This document shows, piece after piece, positions 48,500 to 56,413 of a stretch of DNA of 56,849 bases. Source of the stretch: a virus. Its lineage: Duplodnaviria > Caudoviricetes. The notes beneath the pieces are model-generated. The model was not told the origin of the DNA. It searched no databases and worked only from the letters and a program-made list of their open reading frames with translations. Made by a program: the position numbers and the translations under genes. Positions within the stretch are counted from its first letter, which is position 1. Each line of letters opens with the position of its first letter. The DNA is taken from positions 1 through 56,849 of IMG/VR virus record IMGVR_UViG_3300033076_000987. The stretch is one strand, 5' to 3'.

Positions 48500-50056
48500 A
48501 TGTCGATTAACATCAAAGAAATTTTTCAATCAGATAGTTTATCTCTTTCACAGGAAAAGATTAACTATAATTTTGACCAAATCTTAGCAAACGGTGGGGG
48601 ACCACAGGGTTTGAAAGGTGAAAAGGGTGCAACCGGAGCTATAGGTAATATTGGACCTAAGGGTGACAAAGGTGATCAAGGTGCTACTGGATCAAAGGGT
48701 GATTCAGGGGCTGATGGTTATTGGGCATTAAAATCATATACTAATCCAATAGATCAACATACGGTTCTTCCTAAAATTCAACCAGTAATTAGCGGTACTT
48801 CAGGTGCAAAACCAACTAATATTGTATTAGGTCGCACAGATAGTTCTTACACAGAAGACGCTACTGATAAATTATCATTGATTACTTTAGTAGATGAAAA
48901 TAATGGAACAGATTGGACTGATCTAGTTAGATTTAGACTAAAGAATGGTTCATCTTATGGTTTAACTTCGGGTGTAATTAGATTGATTCCAATTACAGGT
49001 GGTGCTAAATTAAAAATAGCAGCTATCGGCGGTGCCAATGTATTTGAAATTCAGTCTAAGGATACAATTTTAACAGATGATATAGGAAATAATAAACTTA
49101 GATTGACTTCAGCATTTATAGAAGCTTCTGGACCATGGAATTTCTTATCTAGTGCCGTTAATCTTAATGCTGCCAGTTCTTTAACAAATGCTGGAAATAC
49201 TACATTAAGTGGAGCAACTAATATTATAGGCACTACCACTTCAACTAATACTGTTAATGGAACAACAACGCTTAATAATACTATAAAAATCAAACCAAAT
49301 GGAAACACTTTAGCAGCTAATAAGTTTTTGGTTTCTACTGATACGGATGGAACAGTGGCTTGGAGATCTCCATTTGAAATTCCGGGAATTTATCCTATCG
49401 GTTCAATAGTTTTTGTTAATCCAGCTGATATATCAGACACTTACTTTTCTTTAAGTACTTTTAAACATACTGGATCTCCAGGATCCTATGATTACTATTA
49501 TTTTGGTAGAGGTATAGCAGGTACTAGATGGGCTGGTTGGTATTTATTATTTGGTCAAACAAATCAATGGAGTACAGCATTAAATACTAATACTGTTTAT
49601 GTTCCAACTAATATACCAGGAAGTTTAATTATGGGTGCAGCTGGTCCTGATGATAAAACTGGAGTTTCAGCAAATGTTTATGATTCTTCAATGACAACTA
49701 AGCAATTTAATCCTCCAGTGGGTTATGGTTCTAGTTATATTCCTAGTATTAGAGGAGGTTATAATGGAGCTGGATCACAAGGAGTTGTTGGACCTGGAAG
49801 TGTCATTAATCCAGGAGATTTAATAAATTATTTAGCTGGCTCTTCCGGTTATGATAATGTAACAGGCGTAGCAGATACTAATATTTCACAAGATGGAACG
49901 ACGCAAAACTACATATATCCTGAAGCTGCTACTGTTAATGCTTTACCAATGGCAATTTATCTTGGAACATCTATTTTAGCGTATAATTGGGTTTATAAAA
50001 CTCCAATTTCTTCAACGCCTGGTAGTTTTACTCCTTTTAGTCCTGTAAATCCATAA
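48500..50056 (+). CDS. Tail fibre protein with short Lys-rich collagen segment
   Basis: N-terminal anchor motif; GPQGLKGEKGATGAIGNIGPKGDKGDQGATGSKGDSGADG (13 triplets); YPIGSI collar-like motif. Confidence 0.75.
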   Translation: MSINIKEIFQSDSLSLSQEKINYNFDQILANGGGPQGLKGEKGATGAIGNIGPKGDKGDQGATGSKGDSGADGYWALKSYTNPIDQHTVLPKIQPVISGTSGAKPTNIVLGRTDSSYTEDATDKLSLITLVDENNGTDWTDLVRFRLKNGSSYGLTSGVIRLIPITGGAKLKIAAIGGANVFEIQSKDTILTDDIGNNKLRLTSAFIEASGPWNFLSSAVNLNAASSLTNAGNTTLSGATNIIGTTTSTNTVNGTTTLNNTIKIKPNGNTLAANKFLVSTDTDGTVAWRSPFEIPGIYPIGSIVFVNPADISDTYFSLSTFKHTGSPGSYDYYYFGRGIAGTRWAGWYLLFGQTNQWSTALNTNTVYVPTNIPGSLIMGAAGPDDKTGVSANVYDSSMTTKQFNPPVGYGSSYIPSIRGGYNGAGSQGVVGPGSVINPGDLINYLAGSSGYDNVTGVADTNISQDGTTQNYIYPEAATVNALPMAIYLGTSILAYNWVYKTPISSTPGSFTPFSPVNP

Positions 50057-50073
50057 TAAATAAATTTTAAAAT

Positions 50074-50871
50074 ATGTTTAATAAATTAGAAATAAAACCA
50101 ATCCATTTTGTAGCAGTAATCTTAGTTTTGATTATTCTAATGATGGGCCAATGTTCTAGAATTTCAGGCTTAAAAGCTGAAAGAAATGCTCTTGAAACAA
50201 AAATTACAAGAGTTGAAAATAATATTTTAGCTTCAAAGGATTCGGTTGCTTTCTATAAGAATAAACAAAACTATTATATCTCTCAGATCAGTGGGTTTGA
50301 GAAGACAAAACAAGAATTGTTAGATGACAAAGAAGAAGCTTACAAAAAGTATGTTGATGCACTGGATCTTAACAGAAAACTTAAAGGAGTTAATAATTTA
50401 TTAAGAACACAACTTACAACGAAGGACTCTATTATTGCAGCAATGATGAAGGTTACTAATAATCCTGACGGTACTGCTACTATCACATTATCAGATGACA
50501 AAGATTTTGGAGATAATAACTGGAGAAAATTCAAAGGTAATGTAATAGTAAAACGACAAGGGGATAATATTAGTGCTCTTAGTTCTAACTTCTTATATGA
50601 ACAAAATATCATGTTATACAGCAGTTTAGAGACTGTTGATGGCAGAAAAAAAATAAAAATAGCCACTAAATATCCTGGCATCAATTTTAATACCATTGAA
50701 AATATCAGCGTCATAGAGGATGAGTTAAATAAGGTATCGGAAATGAAGAAGACCAAATTTGGTGTTAGTGCAGGTGTTATGTATGGAGCTGTTATTATTG
50801 GAAACCAAGTTTATTTGGCACCAATGGTAGGAGTTGGATTTACGATCACACCTAAATGGTTACAATTTTAA
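50074..50871 (+). CDS. Membrane-anchored coiled-coil protein, spanin-like candidate
   Basis: N-terminal TM ending in Cys, coiled coil, C-terminal amphipathic beta-hairpin ending in Phe. Confidence 0.5.
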   Translation: MFNKLEIKPIHFVAVILVLIILMMGQCSRISGLKAERNALETKITRVENNILASKDSVAFYKNKQNYYISQISGFEKTKQELLDDKEEAYKKYVDALDLNRKLKGVNNLLRTQLTTKDSIIAAMMKVTNNPDGTATITLSDDKDFGDNNWRKFKGNVIVKRQGDNISALSSNFLYEQNIMLYSSLETVDGRKKIKIATKYPGINFNTIENISVIEDELNKVSEMKKTKFGVSAGVMYGAVIIGNQVYLAPMVGVGFTITPKWLQF

Positions 50872-50885
50872 AATAGAATAAAGAA

Positions 50886-52949
50886 ATGGCAAAATCATCA
50901 AGATTTTTTAAGATCGACGACGACATATTGATGGAGGTAATGTACCATGATCAATCTAATCCTTCTGCGTATGCAATTGAGACTGATAATAATGGAAGTG
51001 AAATGTACTTTGTCGGTACTGATGGTGTTATTGGCGGACAAAAACTACTGATTCATGAATTAGGTTCTTCAGTAGTAAACTTTAATGTAACTGAGGATTC
51101 TGTTTATAAATTTTTAGTGGTAGAAAATATTGCCAATAGAAGTTTAGTATTGGCTCCTGGTAATACTTATCAATTTGACTTATCGGCTTTAACAAATCCA
51201 GCTAATTTTGATATTAGCGATACAACACCTGGAACTAAAAGCTATGATTCAGGGACACAAATTTTTAGCTACACTCCTACAAAAACCGGAGAATACAATT
51301 ATACTTATACTGGATACCACTCTGGTAAAGTGTCTGTAATGTTAAAAGCTAATCCATTGTATGCAATGCCTAATGAAGATACTGGAAATAGTATTTTAAC
51401 AGGTCCCGGTCAACCAAATAGATTTCATGCAGTTGCTACTAATCAAGAAAGAAGTCAATTCGCTTTATTAGATAGCTCATGGAATTATATTCAAAATAGC
51501 ACTGAATGGGTTGGAGATAGTTATGCAAATATATTAGCTTCGTTAACATATAATAGTGCTAATACAAATTCTGTTGTTTATGAAACTATCAGATTGCACA
51601 TGAGATCTGGTTATAATTTTGCAGGTCGTGGATATGAAGGTTTCTTATTTGAGGTTAGAGTACCTAAAGTAAGTGGTATTATGAATAACTTTACACAGAT
51701 TGTTTATTTGAATTCTTCTAACTATGAATTACAAAACCCTGAGCCTTTTATTTTATCAGAAACTCTATATTCTAAGTTTATTGAAATTAAAGTACCTTCT
51801 TTAAAAGATCTAGACACTGACTTTGCTAATTTATTCTTTGGAACTACAGGATCTGGAAATGAAGTTGATCCAACTGCGCAATACGAAGTTAGTTTTAAGT
51901 TAATAGACACTTTAAAAAATATAGGTGGTTTTGATTATATCGAAACTGCTGAAGAAACAAACTTTTCTTTGGCAATTGAAGATGAATTTATTGACATCTC
52001 AGCTGGAATTTCTGAATCTACTGAAGGTGATTATTTTGAAATGGTTGGTTTATACAATGGATCAGCTGCGGCTTTCAACAATTATATTACTCACAGAATT
52101 AATACGTCTTCAGATGATATAACTGTTTCACATGATGTGACTATATTTGAACAAATAGGTACTTCATTTGTACAGACTTTCAAAACTACGTTTAATCAAA
52201 CTCAAAATTTTGATGAGCCTATTACATTTAGACCTATCATTAAAAATGCTGGTACGGCAGTTTCCTTTACAATCGATTATACTCTTAGAGTTTATAACGA
52301 AACTGATAATACTCAGATTGTAAAAACTTCAAGTTGGAATAGTTTAAACTCTGTTAATAATTGGTCTCCAACTAAATTTGGTAAGAAGTTACAAAACATC
52401 GTTTTGAAGAATTCAAATATTGAGACTAAAGTTTATAATAAGATGCCTAAAATGACATTAGCTACTGCATCTGAAACTGCAATGACTTTGAATCCTATTC
52501 AAAGTCAAGTTAAATATGTACAGAATTTTACAGAAAGAATCAATGTTGTAACTAGCATTTCATCAGTTAATATTAATGCTGGAACAGCCTTAGAAACTTC
52601 AGCTACACCATTTATGCTAGAAGGACTTGCTGAAATTTCAGTTTCGCCAGTTGACACTTTTGTTAAATTTAAAGTAGCTAAAGATGATAATGGAGACTTA
52701 AATGTTGTAGATCTTCACAGTGCTGAAACTCTTTATTTGATGTTTAATGATGGCGCTGGAAAAATTGTCAAGTTTGCAAATCTTAAAGAATATAAAGGTG
52801 TTGATGCTTCTATGGGAGAAATCTTATTTAAAATAGATCAAGGTAACGCTAATATCATTAGAGGCTTCATAAACAAACAGTTTTACATAACTTTACATAA
52901 TGGCTCTAACGAAACTATGTTGTACAGTGGAAAATTCAAAAACGCATAA
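50886..52949 (+). CDS. Virion structural protein
   Basis: 687 aa, beta-rich composition, structural block. Confidence 0.55.
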   Translation: MAKSSRFFKIDDDILMEVMYHDQSNPSAYAIETDNNGSEMYFVGTDGVIGGQKLLIHELGSSVVNFNVTEDSVYKFLVVENIANRSLVLAPGNTYQFDLSALTNPANFDISDTTPGTKSYDSGTQIFSYTPTKTGEYNYTYTGYHSGKVSVMLKANPLYAMPNEDTGNSILTGPGQPNRFHAVATNQERSQFALLDSSWNYIQNSTEWVGDSYANILASLTYNSANTNSVVYETIRLHMRSGYNFAGRGYEGFLFEVRVPKVSGIMNNFTQIVYLNSSNYELQNPEPFILSETLYSKFIEIKVPSLKDLDTDFANLFFGTTGSGNEVDPTAQYEVSFKLIDTLKNIGGFDYIETAEETNFSLAIEDEFIDISAGISESTEGDYFEMVGLYNGSAAAFNNYITHRINTSSDDITVSHDVTIFEQIGTSFVQTFKTTFNQTQNFDEPITFRPIIKNAGTAVSFTIDYTLRVYNETDNTQIVKTSSWNSLNSVNNWSPTKFGKKLQNIVLKNSNIETKVYNKMPKMTLATASETAMTLNPIQSQVKYVQNFTERINVVTSISSVNINAGTALETSATPFMLEGLAEISVSPVDTFVKFKVAKDDNGDLNVVDLHSAETLYLMFNDGAGKIVKFANLKEYKGVDASMGEILFKIDQGNANIIRGFINKQFYITLHNGSNETMLYSGKFKNA

Positions 52950-53500
52950 TGATTTTAAATTCTAGAAATAACCTATTTGAGTTTAAGTTTCCTAGGAAAT
53001 TCATTCCACAAGAAGTAGCTGATAAATATCGCGACTACTTGAATAGAATACCAGGTTCGGTACTTAGCGAGCCAGTTGATTATATCAATTATAGTATTCA
53101 AGGTATTGCGATGCCAGGAATTGCGTTTGATCCAGTGGAACAAAACTTCAACGATGGTACAACAACGTATCACAGAGGAGCTATTCCAATTCAGAACACT
53201 ATCAATAGAGAGTTTTCTGTAACTATGCAATTGTTAGATGGATTTATCAATTATTGGATTATGTTAGATACTTTATTGTACTATTATAGTAAAGAAGTAA
53301 AGGAACCATTTATTCAGGATGTTAGTCTTAACATTTTAGATGCTGAAGGAAATATTTTAGCAACAGCTAAGTTTGAAAAATTGATCTTTAAAGAAATCGG
53401 TGAACTTGAATTGAATATGAGTACTAATGTTGCTCAATTTTCTACATTTGATTGCACATTCAATTATAACAAATTCAACCTTAAGATAGAGCTGGATTAA
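52949..53500 (+). CDS. Tail tube-fold protein (gp19/gp3-like)
   Basis: IQ.I.MPG, F.VT..L......Y, L.ILD, F.......ELEL.......F...F.Y pattern. Confidence 0.6.
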   Translation: MILNSRNNLFEFKFPRKFIPQEVADKYRDYLNRIPGSVLSEPVDYINYSIQGIAMPGIAFDPVEQNFNDGTTTYHRGAIPIQNTINREFSVTMQLLDGFINYWIMLDTLLYYYSKEVKEPFIQDVSLNILDAEGNILATAKFEKLIFKEIGELELNMSTNVAQFSTFDCTFNYNKFNLKIELD

Positions 53501-53515
53501 TTAGATATATACTAT

Positions 53516-53881
53516 ATGAAAACATTTGTTGAACACTTACAAGAAAATATCGATTACGACTTGGTAGCCTTAAACGAGGCATTACAAGAAGAGTGGACTC
53601 CAGAATTAGAAGAAAAAGTTGATGCAGCTATTACAGAATGGCTAAAACAATATACTGATGAATCTGGTAAAATCGATCTTGAAAGATTCAATGAAGAAAT
53701 TACCAATGAAGGATTTTTGGGAACTATCCTAGGAGGCCTAACAGGATTTGCATTAGGTAAATCAATTGGTAAAGTTATTGCTAATGTATTAGGTATACAT
53801 TCTGGCGTTTTATTTGATCTTTTAACTTCAAGACTTGTTGGAGCCGCTTTAGGTTCTGCTCTTGGCTCACGCGTTATTTAA
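53516..53881 (+). CDS. Glycine-zipper membrane protein with T4-like capsid-targeting N-terminus
   Basis: MKTFVEHLQE; acidic N-half; GFLGTILGGLTGFALG...VGAALGSALG; GATATATA-N4-ATG. Confidence 0.7.
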   Translation: MKTFVEHLQENIDYDLVALNEALQEEWTPELEEKVDAAITEWLKQYTDESGKIDLERFNEEITNEGFLGTILGGLTGFALGKSIGKVIANVLGIHSGVLFDLLTSRLVGAALGSALGSRVI

Positions 53882-54537
53882 TGAATATAGTTGCAATTGA
53901 CTTCTCTATAAATTCTCCAGGAATTTGTATATACAACACTATCGACAAGAACTACGTTTTTGTTTCTTACCTTAAACCCAAAACAGGAACGAAGGCTGAA
54001 CAAAAGATGCAGGAAGAAATGTCAATTCTCGAAGGTTGTGTCATGGTTCAACAACCAAACTTTGCTGCTCAAACTGAATTTTCAGAAGGAGAACTTGCAA
54101 AGATCTTAAAATATAAGACCATTTCAAAGGACATTATTAATATCATCTTAACTCATACAAGATGGGAAGATCCATACTTATTTGCTTTTGAAGGTTCTTC
54201 CTATGGATCAAGTGCTGGCACCAATAATATTATCGATATGGCAGCCGCTGCAGCTATCTTAAAATTAGAGATAATAAATACCATAGGACCTAAGGATATT
54301 ATGACTATTGCTCCTTCAACTATTAAGAAACATGCTGGAAAGGGGAACATGAAGAAAGATGAACTCTGGGGGAAATTCTTAGAAAATTGTTTAAACGATC
54401 CAAACTTGGAATCTCATCCTATTTTTGAGTTCGTCAAAAACCTTGAAGTTGGCAAAAAAGTGCCGAAGCCCCTTGATGACCTAATTGATGCCTATTTCTT
54501 GAATCACCTCGTTAGGTCTAAATTGATCCAGCCCTAA
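53881..54537 (+). CDS. RuvC-like Holliday junction resolvase (RNase H fold)
   Basis: AIDFSINSPG, FEG, PSTIKKHAGKGN..K, DLIDAY. Confidence 0.8.
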   Translation: MNIVAIDFSINSPGICIYNTIDKNYVFVSYLKPKTGTKAEQKMQEEMSILEGCVMVQQPNFAAQTEFSEGELAKILKYKTISKDIINIILTHTRWEDPYLFAFEGSSYGSSAGTNNIIDMAAAAAILKLEIINTIGPKDIMTIAPSTIKKHAGKGNMKKDELWGKFLENCLNDPNLESHPIFEFVKNLEVGKKVPKPLDDLIDAYFLNHLVRSKLIQP

Positions 54538-54558
54538 TCTTACCTCTGGGCCTAAAGA
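54454..54558 (-). ncRNA. Candidate ~105-nt antisense small RNA
   Basis: Minus-strand AAAC-N17-ATATAA promoter (54591-54565), internal stems, and a cUUCGg hairpin plus U6 terminator (54474-54454). Confidence 0.45.
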
Positions 54559-54609
54559 CTTTAGTTATATGCTAGTGCTAAAAAACTGTTTCAAAAAAAG
54601 TGAAAATAA

Positions 54610-55320
54610 ATGAATAATTTTTCAATACACGGAGTGGACTACTCATTTGATCCCTCTAAAAACTCACAGATAGTTAATTACCAATGGTTTATGGGTGCAC
54701 TATCATCAGGTAACTGGGAGAATGATACGTACAGTGTATTTGATATAGTAAAAGATCCTACAAAAACCGCAATTGATATAGGTGGCTGGATAGGTCCAAC
54801 AGCAATATGGTTATCCAAACACTTTAAAGAAGTTGTTATTGTAGAAGCTGACAAGGTAGCATTAAGTGCCTTAAAAGCCAACTTAGAATCATCTAACTGT
54901 AACAATGTCAAAGTAATAGACAGACCTATTTACTCAGAATCAAATGTTAAGTTATTCTTTGGCAGTAATACTAATAGAGCTGCTGACCTCGGTGACTCAA
55001 CTAGTCAATTAAAAAATGAGTCAACTAATACCGAAGACTCTGAGGTGCTAACAATATCTCTTAGCGACATACTTAAAGAGACCAAAGATGTGTCATTTAT
55101 CAAAGTTGATATTGAAGGCGGCGAAGAGCACATTATCCCAGAACTTTTTGAAACCTGTAGCAAGCATAATATAAGTCTATGGATTTCATTTCACTATGAT
55201 TGGTGGAAAGATCCTAATATAGATCGCTTTGCAAAATGGTTTTCCTTAGCCACCAATGAAAAAAATATCACAGAATTCGTAAAAAAACAGCCCTTTGGCA
55301 GTCTTTTTTTGACCTTCTAA
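54610..55320 (+). CDS. FkbM-family SAM methyltransferase
   Basis: IDIGGWIG, VEAD, FIKVDIEGGE. Confidence 0.88.
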   Translation: MNNFSIHGVDYSFDPSKNSQIVNYQWFMGALSSGNWENDTYSVFDIVKDPTKTAIDIGGWIGPTAIWLSKHFKEVVIVEADKVALSALKANLESSNCNNVKVIDRPIYSESNVKLFFGSNTNRAADLGDSTSQLKNESTNTEDSEVLTISLSDILKETKDVSFIKVDIEGGEEHIIPELFETCSKHNISLWISFHYDWWKDPNIDRFAKWFSLATNEKNITEFVKKQPFGSLFLTF

Positions 55321-55321
55321 G

Positions 55322-55411
55322 GATATATAATAAGTGAGACTATACATTTAGTATCCACTCCCGGGTTATCTTTCAACTATTTTGAAACATATCTTAGGGT
55401 ACACGGTATAA
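55322..55411 (+). promoter_or_regulatory. Tandem late (GATATATA 55322) and class II (AAAC-N17-GTATAA 55385-55411) promoters of the SSB gene
   Basis: Both recurrent motifs lie in the intergenic region. Confidence 0.62.
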
Positions 55412-55426
55412 GTATTGTTATCGCAC

Positions 55427-55478
55427 TTAAAGGCATTAACGCAATTTAAAGTATTAAACAATTTAAAGAATTAAAGAC
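55427..55478 (+). promoter_or_regulatory. TTAAA-repeat leader, putative translational autoregulatory operator
   Basis: TTAAA at 55427, 55446, 55454, 55463, 55471 and TTAAC at 55436, directly before the SSB ATG. Confidence 0.55.
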
Positions 55479-56411
55479 ATGGCAGAATTTGACATTTTCA
55501 ATCTTGGGGTCGACGCAGTTGATACCCACGCAGTACAAACAACTTCAAACACTGAAGTGTACAAACCTACCGCAGATGACGGTAAAGACGGAACTTACAA
55601 AGCACTTATTCGCTTCGTACCTAATCCAAAAAATCCACGTAATTCACTAGTTAAAAAGTATGTACATTGGTTGACTGACGCATCAGGCGAAGGTAAACTA
55701 GTTGACTCACCTGCTTCTATTGGTGAAAAGTGTCCAATTGCAGATGCATTCTGGAAACTACGTAAATCAGACTCAGCTGTTGATCGTAAGATCTCTGAGA
55801 AATTAAAAAGACGTGAACAATATTACGCTCTTATCAAAATCATTAAAGATCCACAAAATCCTGAATTAGAAGGTACATATAAGATCTTTAAATTTGGTTA
55901 CAAAATTAAAGAAAAGATCGATGCAGAATTGAAACCAGACTTTGGTGAACCAACTCAAATCTTTGACCTTTTTGAAGGCAAAAACTTCGAGTTAATCATT
56001 ACTCGCCAAGGTGAATTCAATAACTACGATAAGTCAAAATTCTCTTCTTCTCGCTCACCAATCACTATTGATGGTAAAGCAGCAGAACGTAATGCAGAAT
56101 TTATGGCTTCTATTAAAGAAGAAATCACATCAGCACCAGATTTGACAGCTTACGAATACCAAGTATGGGATGACCAAACTAGAGATTTCGTTAATGCAAC
56201 ATTACGTCAATATTTGACACCAGGTGGATCAGCTATGGATGAGTTAACAAACTCAGCTCCTAAGAAAAAAGCTGCACCGAGTAAAGCTGCCGCAACAGTA
56301 AGTGAAGATTTCGATTTAGAAACAACTACTTCTGCTCCATCAGCAACAGCATCTGTTAATACTGACGATGCCGATGATTTAGATTCATTCTTAAGCGACT
56401 TAGACATTTAA
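55479..56411 (+). CDS. Single-stranded DNA-binding protein, T4 gp32-like
   Basis: A.IRFVP, CPI, LKR...YY..I.IIKDP.NPE.EG...IFKFG.KI..KI, FD..EG.NF.L, NYD.SKF, acidic tail DDLDSFLSDL. Confidence 0.92.
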   Translation: MAEFDIFNLGVDAVDTHAVQTTSNTEVYKPTADDGKDGTYKALIRFVPNPKNPRNSLVKKYVHWLTDASGEGKLVDSPASIGEKCPIADAFWKLRKSDSAVDRKISEKLKRREQYYALIKIIKDPQNPELEGTYKIFKFGYKIKEKIDAELKPDFGEPTQIFDLFEGKNFELIITRQGEFNNYDKSKFSSSRSPITIDGKAAERNAEFMASIKEEITSAPDLTAYEYQVWDDQTRDFVNATLRQYLTPGGSAMDELTNSAPKKKAAPSKAAATVSEDFDLETTTSAPSATASVNTDDADDLDSFLSDLDI

Positions 56412-56413
56412 TA

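Noticed and set aside
1485-56407. All minus-strand ORFs in the track
   Set aside because: Short, nested antisense to well-supported plus-strand genes, with no recognisable motifs.
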